Shown here in pieces: positions 47,966-57,462 of a stretch of DNA of 64,000 nucleotides. This stretch comes from an uncultured virus (IMG/VR IMGVR_UViG_3300033074_001205) (Duplodnaviria; Heunggongvirae; Uroviricota; Caudoviricetes). The translations under genes were made by a program, and so were the position numbers. The DNA lies in IMG/VR virus record IMGVR_UViG_3300033074_001205; one strand, 5' to 3'. Each line of letters starts with the position of its first letter. Within the stretch, counting starts at the first letter, position 1. Below the pieces are notes generated by a model. The model was not told the origin of the DNA, searched no databases, and saw only the letters and a list, made by a program, of their open reading frames with translations.

Positions 47966-48637
47966 TTAGTTTATTCTTTCAGATAACTTATGTGGTAAAT
48001 TATTAGCAAGGATGTATTCATTTCTTGCTAATATAGCATCCTCTATATTCTTAAACTGACCTATATGCTTCTTCTTATTTTGGAAAGATAATTGTGCCAC
48101 CCATACTTCATCTCTAGCCTTCCAATTAATACCTAGAATACCTGATGTATTATTTATAGGTATTCTTTTATTAATGTTTTGAGTTGTCCTATCAGCCCAT
48201 CTACAATTCTCAGGTGAATACCCTTTATCATTATTAATTCTATCAACACTTACCCCCGATATATTAGGATGTGTTGCCTCACACCAAGCCACAAAATTTG
48301 TAACATCCAACCATTCCTCACAAACTGTAATACCACGACCACCATATCCAGCGTAATCTCTATGTGAGGTATTTAAACATCTTGCTAAAATATTAACCCA
48401 AGTAGCATAGAATCTATGTTTATAAAATAAATGAGTACCTGCACGCCCTATTAGACAGCCACAACTTCTCGTAGTACCATTTATAACATTGGATGTTCGT
48501 GCTTCAAACTCCTTGCCACAATATTGGCACTCAAATAAACCAAATACCCTCTTTTTAGTACTCTTCTTTGTTGCATATTTTCTAAAAATTTCACCAATCA
48601 ATTTTGGGGTCATATCCTTTTCTAATGCTTCTTCCAT
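47966..48637 (-). CDS. HNH-type endonuclease with C-terminal AP2 domain
   Basis: CQYCG, SCGC, YGGRGITVCEEW, DRINNDKGYSPENCRW, NNTSGILG. Confidence 0.88.
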   Translation of the reverse strand: MEEALEKDMTPKLIGEIFRKYATKKSTKKRVFGLFECQYCGKEFEARTSNVINGTTRSCGCLIGRAGTHLFYKHRFYATWVNILARCLNTSHRDYAGYGGRGITVCEEWLDVTNFVAWCEATHPNISGVSVDRINNDKGYSPENCRWADRTTQNINKRIPINNTSGILGINWKARDEVWVAQLSFQNKKKHIGQFKNIEDAILARNEYILANNLPHKLSERIN

Positions 48638-48685
48638 TAATCTCCTTTTATTAATTTATTTATTAGGCTCATAGACCTATGTAGG

Positions 48686-48758
48686 AAGCCCTACAAGCCA
48701 TAATAAAGATTAAGTAAGGTAAATCCTTGCCTAAGTTCTTTTGAGGCTTATAGGGCTT
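48686..48758. other. Long intergenic hairpin
   Basis: AAGCCCTAcAAGCC / GGCTTaTAGGGCTT plus inner AAAGA/TCTTT and GTAAGG/CCTTGC. Confidence 0.65.
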
Positions 48759-48765
48759 TATTTCG

Positions 48766-49119
48766 TTATAATACTCTTATATACTCAATAGCATTATTCA
48801 TACTCCAACAATGACCACAATTATCTCTAACCATGTCAAAGCCAACGCCTTGCCATTTTACTTCATAAGTTCCTGAGTACTGCCACTTTCCTTCAAAGTT
48901 TTCTCCTCCCCAACATTCACAAGTATCTCCATCAAAAATTTCAATACCATTTATATCTTTTTGTGTGGTTGATAACTTCCTACCTACAATCTTAAAATCT
49001 TTCAACGAAGGACTATCTGATATTTCATCAAACTGAAGTCCTTGCTCAATTTCTTCTAAAGTAAATATTTTACTAAATGTATCAACACCATTTGAATAAG
49101 TATATTTGAATTGGTACAT
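48766..49119 (-). CDS. YopX-like protein
   Basis: Likely start MYQFKY; STTQKDINGIEIFDGD. Confidence 0.7.
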   Translation of the reverse strand: MYQFKYTYSNGVDTFSKIFTLEEIEQGLQFDEISDSPSLKDFKIVGRKLSTTQKDINGIEIFDGDTCECWGGENFEGKWQYSGTYEVKWQGVGFDMVRDNCGHCWSMNNAIEYIRVL

Positions 49120-49496
49120 TATAACACCTCCACAATAAAACTTACACCAACCCAATCATCAGGTAAGTTCATATAAGGACTCCAAAACTCCCATCTTTGA
49201 ACCAACTCTTCATAACTCATATTCTGCTGAAACATTCCATCATAATACTTTATTCCTAATATTTTATAATAAGGTTTGTTGTTAGCTATACCCTCACTTA
49301 AATCCCCACTCTCTATACTTAAATAAAAAGCATCAATCTCTTTTAAAACATCCTGTGTAACTTCTAAGTAAATACTTTTATAAGTATTGTATTTGTCATA
49401 TTTGAGTGTTGTAGGAACTTCTGCGAAAGTTACTCCTAGAGCTACTATCTCTATCTGACCACTTACCCTATCTCCCAGTTGTACTACTTGTTTCAT
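49119..49496 (-). CDS. Hypothetical protein
   Basis: 125 aa with AAGGA RBS; promoter-like TTAAG-N22-TAATAT upstream. Confidence 0.7.
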   Translation of the reverse strand: MKQVVQLGDRVSGQIEIVALGVTFAEVPTTLKYDKYNTYKSIYLEVTQDVLKEIDAFYLSIESGDLSEGIANNKPYYKILGIKYYDGMFQQNMSYEELVQRWEFWSPYMNLPDDWVGVSFIVEVL

Positions 49497-49560
49497 TTTA
49501 ATTCCTTTCTAAATTGTTGTTATAGAATATTAATCTATGTTTGTTTAAAGTTTGCTTAAC

Positions 49561-49800
49561 TTAGTTTAAATCAAAAGGCTTAGCATATCTAGTTCGATAT
49601 AATCTAAACTCAGTTTTTGGTAAAGTCTCATCAATATCTCCTGCATAGCTAAACTCTCCACTGTGAATAATAATCCAAGATTCAGTCCACTCAGTTCTAG
49701 TTATTTTATAAAATCTATCATCACCTATTACATATAGTAAGTCTCCTACTAAGATGTCTTTATAATAACACCCACTTAAATCTAATGTTAATTTGTTCAT
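49561..49800 (-). CDS. Hypothetical protein
   Basis: 79-aa coupled ORF. Confidence 0.6.
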   Translation of the reverse strand: MNKLTLDLSGCYYKDILVGDLLYVIGDDRFYKITRTEWTESWIIIHSGEFSYAGDIDETLPKTEFRLYRTRYAKPFDLN

Positions 49801-50036
49801 TTTAATTCCTTCACCTTTAATTTTGCATCTTCTATGTTTATGAAATTTTCTCGCTTAAAGGGGTAGATATTATACCCCAGTAGCACTACAATATTGTCCC
49901 ATTTGTTAAATCTATAATGACATTGAGCAATATCTCGCTGTATGTTTGTTTTATCTACATACATATACTTCCTAGAAACAAAGTATAAGTAATCTACTTT
50001 AGGAATTAAATCCTTGTGTATTAGTATTTGGTACAT
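49797..50036 (-). CDS. Hypothetical protein
   Basis: 79-aa ORF with GAGG RBS. Confidence 0.6.
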   Translation of the reverse strand: MYQILIHKDLIPKVDYLYFVSRKYMYVDKTNIQRDIAQCHYRFNKWDNIVVLLGYNIYPFKRENFINIEDAKLKVKELK

Positions 50037-50058
50037 ACAATCCTCTCTTATTTTAATT

Positions 50059-51405
50059 TTATTTTATGAAAAATACTACTTTTTCACTTGCCCTACTAAT
50101 TGCAACATAAAGCAATCTGTACAAACTATCATTATCTAAAAAGTTGCTCAAACTAGATAACTCATTCAAGTCAATAAACACATAAGGTATAGAACTACCT
50201 TGTGATTTAGTCACAGTACAAGAGTAAACATAACTCACTGATTGAAATGAATTTTTTAATTCAAAATATCTTTGCCACAACACTGTTTTAACAGCCCCTA
50301 CAGCCTTCTTAGCTTCTTTAGCTATATCAGATAACTTATCTTTAAACTCAACCAAACAACTCATATCAACACACCTAAACATTGTATCTTTGGTTGTTAC
50401 AACCTTCCAATATGTTATATCATTTACATTATCATAACATTCCTCACAAGATTTTACTTCTACCACTTCATTGTTTGCATGTATCTGTTCTTCATTTTCT
50501 ATGTGAGATTCCAACATCACCAATGATTCGCCCTCAATTATAGAATCAACTTTACCTAGATTAAACTTCCTAGCCTTATTATTATACATATTTACTGTTG
50601 CATTTTTATGGCAAAGTATTTGAGAAGAATTATAATCAATTTCCTGATACCTTTTATAGAAATCATCTATCTTATTATATATCTCAATATCTTCACAAAC
50701 ACTATCTTTAATCAAATCTTCCATAGATTTAAATGGAGGATATTCCTGAGAGGTAATATACTCTCTAATTTTAGTAACAAGTTGTATAATCTTATTGTCT
50801 TGGGCTTGACGAACAATCTCTGTTAAAACATACTCTGAGCAAGGAACTAATCCTTCATATAGGGGATTTGCATCTCCAACCTCAACTGGCTTTAATTGAT
50901 TATCATCCCCCACAAAGATACATATTTTAATTGTTCCGTTAAATAATTGTGCTTGAATCATTTCAAATAGATTTGAGCTTATCATACTACTCTCGTCAAT
51001 AAACAATACATCAACTGGCTCTATTGGTTTATCTAAGTTTTGTACTAATTCTAAAGTTCCTGTGCTATAATTTTCAGTTACTTTACATCTTAAATAACTA
51101 TGAATAGTTTTAGCTTCAACTTTGTTAGCCTCACCCATTTTAGTAATGATGGACAAACTTTTATGTGTCGGGGTTGTTATGATAAGTTTATTAACAATAT
51201 TTTTAAGCTCAGCAACAAGTACTGTTGTAAGATATGATTTCCCGCAGCCCGCTGCACCTCTTATACTAAAGATTCTATCCTCCATCTCTACCTCAACATT
51301 ACTCTTCAAACTTTTTTCAACTTTGATTAAAATATCTTCAGCAATAATCCTTTGTGAATCATTTAGTGAAGATAACCCTGCTGGGATTGTTTTATTAGTT
51401 TTCAT
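50059..51405 (-). CDS. Dda/RecD-like SF1B DNA helicase
   Basis: GAAGCGKS, TPTHK, TIHS, IDESSM, GDDNQLKPV, LTEIVRQ, TVTKSQGS, LYVAISRA. Confidence 0.93.
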   Translation of the reverse strand: MKTNKTIPAGLSSLNDSQRIIAEDILIKVEKSLKSNVEVEMEDRIFSIRGAAGCGKSYLTTVLVAELKNIVNKLIITTPTHKSLSIITKMGEANKVEAKTIHSYLRCKVTENYSTGTLELVQNLDKPIEPVDVLFIDESSMISSNLFEMIQAQLFNGTIKICIFVGDDNQLKPVEVGDANPLYEGLVPCSEYVLTEIVRQAQDNKIIQLVTKIREYITSQEYPPFKSMEDLIKDSVCEDIEIYNKIDDFYKRYQEIDYNSSQILCHKNATVNMYNNKARKFNLGKVDSIIEGESLVMLESHIENEEQIHANNEVVEVKSCEECYDNVNDITYWKVVTTKDTMFRCVDMSCLVEFKDKLSDIAKEAKKAVGAVKTVLWQRYFELKNSFQSVSYVYSCTVTKSQGSSIPYVFIDLNELSSLSNFLDNDSLYRLLYVAISRASEKVVFFIK

Positions 51406-51437
51406 TTTGTTTTCCTTTTCAGTTTATTGATTTAGGA

Positions 51438-51459
51438 ATGATATAGTAGGTTTGCTTAA
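51438..51459 (-). promoter_or_regulatory. Promoter TTAAG-N11-TATCAT
   Basis: Recurrent motif upstream of the Dda-like gene. Confidence 0.55.
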
Positions 51460-51526
51460 TTGTAGGTTAAATTGTTTGATGAAGCAGGTTGATTTATTTA
51501 TGATAGAGTAAAATGTTTATTTATAT

Positions 51527-51654
51527 GTTGCGAAGCAACTCAAGCGAAGCTTGACAGTAAGCATAAGTTTTAGATTAAGTTTATGTAGGAGTTTATTAGA
51601 AACTGTTTCAGGAAGTTGTAGCCTCTTTTATTTACTTCGCTACGCTTCGTAAAT
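51527..51654. other. Cluster of GNA-loop DNA mini-hairpins on opposite strands (origin-like)
   Basis: GTTGC-GAA-GCAAC (51527-51539), TCAAGC-GAA-GCTTGA (51540-51554), and minus-strand ATTTAC-GAA-GC-GTA-GC-GAA-GTAAAT (51630-51654). Confidence 0.7.
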
Positions 51655-51734
51655 TGACATATAGAATCAGTTGTTTGTATTGATAATATTGCTTAAATTT
51701 AGTATTTGCTTTTATATAAGTCTTTTTAAGGGGT

Positions 51735-51772
51735 GCTCTAACAAAGCTCCCATTTTAAGGGCTTTGTAGAGC
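51735..51772. terminator. Hairpin downstream of the SF2 helicase gene
   Basis: GCTCTAaCAAAGCTC / GGGCTTTGTAGAGC. Confidence 0.5.
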
Positions 51773-51818
51773 TTTTTAAGAGCAATGTTTTGCTTTTAGC
51801 TTTTCAAATGTCAAAGCA

Positions 51819-53042
51819 TTAATTATCTAGCCATTCAAGCAATAACCTTTTCATTCTGCTTGAGGGTAAATATAAATCAATTTTTCTTTGCTCAGGTGCG
51901 TCCTTTATGTTTCTTATTCTACTTCTCCAAATCCATTGTAACAAGATTGATAAAGCATAGAAGTCCTTATTAATCTCCTGCATACCTCTATTATTAAAAT
52001 ATCTAGTTAAACTGTAATGTGGAAATACATTAAGCATATAGGCTAAGGCGTAGCACTCTCTATAATCATTTGTTGCTCTAATGTTATATGCACAAAAGCC
52101 TTTAGTATAACCCTTACCTTTAAGTTTAGTCTTATAATCATTAAAAGTACTCCACATAGATTCTTTTGATTTAGCTTTAGTATACATCGTAAAGAAATTT
52201 ATTAGATTAGCTTTTAATCTTTCTACATAAATAGGTTTCCCTATATGGGATTTATACCAAGATGAGCTTAAATCAAACTCCTTCTCACCTATCTCGTCTA
52301 ACTTTGGTGAAGATACTATATTAAGTAATGACTTTAGCTTTTGCTTTTCTTCTTTAGAGGTTTCTTTATAAGGTACTACCTCTCCATCTTGTATTGACTC
52401 TAATGTATATTCTATGTTGAAATTATCAAAATATGGTTTTTGTACAGAGCCCTCAAATAGATATGTTAGTATAATTACTTGCTTAAACTTTTTAAAAATC
52501 TCAACAGGTAACTCCCACATAAGTAATTTATCATCAACTTGTACTAAATTTTTATTAAGGCATAAACACATTTCCTCGTAGAATTTACTTCCTTTAGAAT
52601 ACTTATCTATTGGGTGCTTTTCTTCATCCCAGATACAATAACCATTTACATCTATATAGGCATAATGTGTAAAGAAGTCATCTTTATCACTCTGTGTGTT
52701 AAATGTAAATTGCTCTACTACATTAGCAACCTCATCAAGAATTAAGGTATATTCTGATATTTTAATATTTTCTTGAATCTCTAAATCAAATCTGCCTAGT
52801 AGTGCGTGTGTAGAAACTATGCTCCTACCTTGTGCTGTTAACTCCCTAATATGATTTAGTTTAGAGCCTTTAATAGGTCTTGGCTCTATCAGTCCCACTT
52901 CATCCTTAATTCGTTTTACTTCATTAAGATAGGGCGTAATGTAAAGAAATTTCTCACTAGGTCTTTCTTTCATATAGCCTATGAATTTCGTTGTTTTGCC
53001 ACTCCCCATAATTGAATCTATTACTTTTATATTACTCTTCAT
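51819..53042 (-). CDS. SF2 helicase-like protein (candidate origin-binding protein)
   Basis: DSIMGSGKT, YITPYLNE, STHAL, LILDEV, LTYLF, QWIWRSRIR. Confidence 0.8.
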   Translation of the reverse strand: MKSNIKVIDSIMGSGKTTKFIGYMKERPSEKFLYITPYLNEVKRIKDEVGLIEPRPIKGSKLNHIRELTAQGRSIVSTHALLGRFDLEIQENIKISEYTLILDEVANVVEQFTFNTQSDKDDFFTHYAYIDVNGYCIWDEEKHPIDKYSKGSKFYEEMCLCLNKNLVQVDDKLLMWELPVEIFKKFKQVIILTYLFEGSVQKPYFDNFNIEYTLESIQDGEVVPYKETSKEEKQKLKSLLNIVSSPKLDEIGEKEFDLSSSWYKSHIGKPIYVERLKANLINFFTMYTKAKSKESMWSTFNDYKTKLKGKGYTKGFCAYNIRATNDYRECYALAYMLNVFPHYSLTRYFNNRGMQEINKDFYALSILLQWIWRSRIRNIKDAPEQRKIDLYLPSSRMKRLLLEWLDN

Positions 53043-53472
53043 CAGATACTCTCTTCATTTTTAATGTAGGTAAGTTTGTAATTTCATCTATTATAGTTCC
53101 TACATACTTAAAGCCAAGATTCTCTGCCAAATAAAAGAATAGAGTATTGCTTGTATCTAATTTTAAAGTACCTTTGTAAGTGTCTATACAGTGCTGTAGG
53201 AGCTTTTTACCATATCCCTTATGCCTATATCTAACATCAATAATAAAGCCAAATATAGCCTCTCTATGAGGTGATACAATACATCTGCCTACAACCTCAC
53301 CAAAATTATCACATATAAATACAAAGTCAAAATTCCTATCTAGCATATCAAAGCTAGATAAATATCTAATAGTTTTCTCTCTAAATTCTTCTCCATAAAT
53401 TCCTGCTGAGGCTTCAATCCACTCTTCCCTATCTGTTACTTTTGTTGTATAAAATATTATATTACTTTTCAT
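53032..53472 (-). CDS. GNAT-family acetyltransferase
   Basis: IDVRYRHKGYGKKLL acetyl-CoA motif A; ENLGF. Confidence 0.82.
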   Translation of the reverse strand: MKSNIIFYTTKVTDREEWIEASAGIYGEEFREKTIRYLSSFDMLDRNFDFVFICDNFGEVVGRCIVSPHREAIFGFIIDVRYRHKGYGKKLLQHCIDTYKGTLKLDTSNTLFFYLAENLGFKYVGTIIDEITNLPTLKMKRVSDEE

Positions 53473-53674
53473 CTTTAATTCCTTTCTCTTTCAAATATTC
53501 CTCTTCAACTTTATCATAAGTTATTTCAATCCCCATATTCTTCATACACCTAAAAACTGCAATACAAGCCTCTCTATATGGTATAGAATGCTCTTCAGTA
53601 AGTTTTAGGGAGATATTAAAGCACTGCATTGTATATAATTCTGCAAACTCTTTTGCTTGTTGTTTATGATTCAT
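53462..53674 (-). CDS. Hypothetical protein
   Basis: 70-aa coupled ORF. Confidence 0.6.
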   Translation of the reverse strand: MNHKQQAKEFAELYTMQCFNISLKLTEEHSIPYREACIAVFRCMKNMGIEITYDKVEEEYLKEKGIKDEK

Positions 53675-53952
53675 TCCACATCTTCTTTGCCAATCTCTTC
53701 AAGCAATTCTTTAGCCAAAGCTACATTAATATAATTAGATTTCAAGTATTTACTTAACAGCTCCTTCTTTTCTTTTCTTCGTCCTGACATAATTTCATCA
53801 TATCTTTCTTTTGAAATTATCTCATACTTATTTTTGATATAAAAGTTCCCTTCACTTTCTACTAAGGTTTGCTCTGCATTAAGTTCTTGCACTTTATTCC
53901 AGATGTGAAGTCCTTCAAAGATATTGTCTGTGTATATTACTTCTTGGCTCAT
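53671..53952 (-). CDS. Hypothetical protein
   Basis: 93-aa coupled ORF. Confidence 0.65.
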   Translation of the reverse strand: MSQEVIYTDNIFEGLHIWNKVQELNAEQTLVESEGNFYIKNKYEIISKERYDEIMSGRRKEKKELLSKYLKSNYINVALAKELLEEIGKEDVE

Positions 53953-54455
53953 TTTAATTCCCTATCCAACTTAAAATAGTTTTGAGCAAAGCTACTGCTA
54001 GTCTCCATAGCCTCTTCCTCTATCTTTCTCTTGTCTTCCAGAGGCTTAATATCATTAATATAATAGTTGTTGGCTATCCTATACATAAAATCTATCAACT
54101 CATCCTCGCTACTTTCTGTGTAAGTTAATTTATCTAATGAGTCCTTTAATTGTCCATTTAAACATAATAATTCATTTTTAATATTTAAAGAATTACAACT
54201 TACTGTACCTCTCCCATAAAATTCATATCTTATTATATTACTCTTTTCATCTTCATCATATAAAATATAGATAGTCTCTCTTTGAGTTTCATTATATTTT
54301 ATTTTAATGTATTTAGGGTTTCCAAACTTTGACTGATAATCTTTATACCTATCATATGAGTATAAAAACCAATCTACTTCACAACCTCTATGCTCTGTGA
54401 ATGCTAATTTCATAGGTATTGAGTTTATAAATTCTAACTTATTCTGTTTATTCAT
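53949..54455 (-). CDS. Hypothetical protein
   Basis: Likely start MNKQNK after AAGGA; promoter upstream. Confidence 0.65.
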   Translation of the reverse strand: MNKQNKLEFINSIPMKLAFTEHRGCEVDWFLYSYDRYKDYQSKFGNPKYIKIKYNETQRETIYILYDEDEKSNIIRYEFYGRGTVSCNSLNIKNELLCLNGQLKDSLDKLTYTESSEDELIDFMYRIANNYYINDIKPLEDKRKIEEEAMETSSSFAQNYFKLDRELK

Positions 54456-54488
54456 TTTAATTCCTTTTCTAAAGTTGTTTAACAATGT

Positions 54489-54521
54489 ATTGTATATGGA
54501 TTTTACTTAAAGTTTTATTAA
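54489..54521 (-). promoter_or_regulatory. Promoter TTAATAAAACTTTAAG-N11-TACAAT
   Basis: 16-nt upstream block identical to those at 63484-63499 and 63735-63750. Confidence 0.75.
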
Positions 54522-54539
54522 TTTAGATTATTTGTAGAA

Positions 54540-54564
54540 GATTCTAGGTAAAATTCCTAGAATC
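54540..54564. terminator. Hairpin / probable terminator
   Basis: GATTCTAGG-taaaatt-CCTAGAATC just after the stop of 54571..55869. Confidence 0.55.
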
Positions 54565-54570
54565 ATTTTG

Positions 54571-55869
54571 TTAGATTATTGATGCTAAATTAATTAGCTT
54601 AGTATCTTCTATATTCCCCTCACTATTTACAAAGAATATAGTTTGACTTGGTATAATGCTTCTAAATCCATTAGAAGTACCATATTCAGTATTTCCTACA
54701 AGAGTCCCATTAGAAATACTTACGCCCCCATACTGATTAGCACATACATTACCTATATGAAAATGCCCATTGATAGAGTGCTTAAAAGTTTTGTTAAACA
54801 TACCTAAGCATATATCTTGTGCTTTACTTATCTCAGTGGGACTATATGGTTTAAAGTTCCTCAAAGAATCACCATGAAATGCAAATATATTAGCCCCATT
54901 AATAGTTACTAAATGATATTCGTGCTTAGTATAATGGAAGTTGATGTTAGAGTGTCCTTTAGCCTTTAAAACCATCTCTAAGAACTTAGCTAACATAATT
55001 CCAAAGTTATCCCACTTATCTACTGATGTAGGTTTATCTGTCTTTCTATCATGATTAGAATTTGTTATATAAATATCAATATTATTATAATATGGAATCA
55101 ATACATCATACACTTTCATATAAGCTTCCACTACCTTTAACATTGAAGTAGTTACTCCATCTAAACTCGTATATACGCCCCCGTGTAAAAGTCCCTTTAA
55201 ATCATCGAGAAGGTGAAACATTGTTAAATCATTACTTTGTTTGTTAAAGAGAATAATCTCATTAGCAACCTTCAACATCCTCTTTTCCATAATTTCATAG
55301 TTATAATTATTGTAGGGGGTTACCTCAGAAACAACTTCATCACCTCCGTGTATATCAGATAAGATAGCACAAAGTCCTTTTCTCTGTATTTGTTCTCCAA
55401 TATAATCTTGTGGAATCTCTAGTTTTAAAGTTGGAAACTCCATTGATTCTATCTTCTGTTTAAAAGCTTCAATCAAATGCTCTACAACATCCTCAGTTCT
55501 AGCCTCCCTCCTACTCTCTCTTCTCAAAGCATTCGCCTCATCTCTAGATAAAACTAAACTTTGATACAACTTCCTATTCTTATTACTAAGCCTATCAACA
55601 TCTTGCTCAAGCTCTTTAACAAGTTTCACCTCATTAATATTACCCTCGATACCAAGCCTATATTTCATATCTTCATATGAGCTGTATCTTCTACTTTTAG
55701 GAAATTCCAAACCAAGCCTTGCTAGAAAAGCCCTCAAAGGCATCTCTGAAACATTATATCTACTACAAAGCTCCGACCTAGACTCACCTTCTAAATAACT
55801 CTGTATAAATTCCTCAAAGTTAAAGCCTGAGTGCTTCTCTTTAAATTTTTCTATTGTATCTTTTAACAT
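54571..55869 (-). CDS. HTH / coiled-coil / calcineurin-like metallophosphoesterase fusion
   Basis: LSDIHGG, LDDLKG, SNHDR, FHGD, NGHFH; N-terminal SRSELCSRYNVSE. Confidence 0.82.
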   Translation of the reverse strand: MLKDTIEKFKEKHSGFNFEEFIQSYLEGESRSELCSRYNVSEMPLRAFLARLGLEFPKSRRYSSYEDMKYRLGIEGNINEVKLVKELEQDVDRLSNKNRKLYQSLVLSRDEANALRRESRREARTEDVVEHLIEAFKQKIESMEFPTLKLEIPQDYIGEQIQRKGLCAILSDIHGGDEVVSEVTPYNNYNYEIMEKRMLKVANEIILFNKQSNDLTMFHLLDDLKGLLHGGVYTSLDGVTTSMLKVVEAYMKVYDVLIPYYNNIDIYITNSNHDRKTDKPTSVDKWDNFGIMLAKFLEMVLKAKGHSNINFHYTKHEYHLVTINGANIFAFHGDSLRNFKPYSPTEISKAQDICLGMFNKTFKHSINGHFHIGNVCANQYGGVSISNGTLVGNTEYGTSNGFRSIIPSQTIFFVNSEGNIEDTKLINLASII

Positions 55870-55890
55870 TTTCCCTCTTTAATTTTAGTT

Positions 55891-56151
55891 TTAATATTCA
55901 TAAGTAATCTTAATATTTTTGGTTATTACATAAATCTCATTTGTTGCTAGAAAGGTATTCAGTTCCCTATCATCTTTAAAGTATTGTTCCCATACTTTAG
56001 CTAATTCCTCATCTAAATCCTCTACATCCTCATATTCTAACTCAGATAAGGTCATATAAAATGCACTAGGTATGCTCACTTGATAATCAGAATCTGCCGA
56101 GGCTATATCCCCAACCTTAAAACTGTGTTCTTCTTTATTTAAGTATTTCAT
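55891..56151 (-). CDS. Hypothetical protein
   Basis: 86-aa coupled ORF with AAGGAG RBS. Confidence 0.65.
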   Translation of the reverse strand: MKYLNKEEHSFKVGDIASADSDYQVSIPSAFYMTLSELEYEDVEDLDEELAKVWEQYFKDDRELNTFLATNEIYVITKNIKITYEY

Positions 56152-57296
56152 TAATCTCCTTTAATTTTAACATATTCATATTGCCCAACTTTTACAACAA
56201 AAACCTGAGCACCAACTTTAACATCTTCACCATCAAACTTTTCCAGCTCAAATTCTATTACATTCTTGCTTAATATATTCTGAAGCATAACTTTACCTTC
56301 AACATAATTAAAACCTTGTGCAATATATCTTGAAATAGTTAAGTCGGATAAATCTAATATTTCATTCCTGAAGAAAGCAAAGCCTTTAGGTCTTTTCAAC
56401 AACTCTTCAATAAACATCTCCTCATCAAAGTAGATTGAGCCTAAGCCTTTCTTTACTTCAAAACTATTCTTAAAATCTTTGAAAGCACTTAAAGAGTTAT
56501 TGATTCGCCCAAAATCGCCCAGTAAGTATCTCAAACTATTTTGTAGTGTAAATTTATCTTTGTGAATAAACTTTTCAACAACCTTCTTTTTAGTTGTTGC
56601 AATGTAACAAGTCCAAGTATTATTGCTAAAGTTTCCTATAATAGAAATCCTAGCATATTTTTTGAAGAAGTTTTCGACAAAGCTCTTATTCTCAAAGTTT
56701 GTTATAACTTCCCCATCAAGCTTATGAAAATAAATTAAGTTACATTCCTCTTCCTCAAATATTACAACAGGATATTTAGGCTTCCTGATTCTTTTCTCAA
56801 CTACCTTTACAACATCACTAGCAAAATCAGTTAGCTTAGGCTTTGGTACGAGTTTTTGCATACCAAACTTATTATAAAGTTGAATCAAAGTATCTCTGTT
56901 TAAATATGTGATATTAATTCTTTTGTAAAACTTTATCAAGAACTGCTCAACATCTTTGTTCTCACAGCTTGAAACAAACAGCAATACCTCAGTCATTAGC
57001 TCAGTTGATGTATTAGCTTTCTGTGCTGAATAATGTAGCTGAACTAAGTTAAGTTTATGCTGTGTACTATTCTCAAAATTAGCTTGAAGAAAGCCTCCTT
57101 TAAAGGTTTCCCCATAAAGAAGTTGGTTCAAGTAAATTGAAATAAGATACTTTATCTGAGAATGTTGCATAGCTTGTTCTAAATACTCTGTTAATACTTT
57201 GAGCCTAATTTCTTCTTCAGGGAATCTTGCTAGGGATTCCGTGAACTGGTAGAAGTCAAGAATGTAGAAGTATTTAATGTTGTAATTGTTTTTCAT
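56151..57296 (-). CDS. Hypothetical protein (possibly degenerate DNA ligase-like)
   Basis: 381-aa ORF; weak by-eye similarity to the N-terminus of the ligase at 5164..6552. Confidence 0.6.
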   Translation of the reverse strand: MKNNYNIKYFYILDFYQFTESLARFPEEEIRLKVLTEYLEQAMQHSQIKYLISIYLNQLLYGETFKGGFLQANFENSTQHKLNLVQLHYSAQKANTSTELMTEVLLFVSSCENKDVEQFLIKFYKRINITYLNRDTLIQLYNKFGMQKLVPKPKLTDFASDVVKVVEKRIRKPKYPVVIFEEEECNLIYFHKLDGEVITNFENKSFVENFFKKYARISIIGNFSNNTWTCYIATTKKKVVEKFIHKDKFTLQNSLRYLLGDFGRINNSLSAFKDFKNSFEVKKGLGSIYFDEEMFIEELLKRPKGFAFFRNEILDLSDLTISRYIAQGFNYVEGKVMLQNILSKNVIEFELEKFDGEDVKVGAQVFVVKVGQYEYVKIKGD

Positions 57297-57462
57297 TAAC
57301 TTTCTCCAACAAAATTATTAAGCCAAGTGTTTCATAACTTAATTCCTCAACTCTTAATATATCAAACAACTGTTCAACACTTTCATAAACCTTTGCTTGA
57401 AATTCCTTTGATTCATTTATCATTAGTTTGTCTAATGTGAATCTTATTGATATTTTGTTCAT
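57274..57462 (-). CDS. Hypothetical protein
   Basis: 62-aa coupled ORF. Confidence 0.55.
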   Translation of the reverse strand: MNKISIRFTLDKLMINESKEFQAKVYESVEQLFDILRVEELSYETLGLIILLEKVNEKQLQH

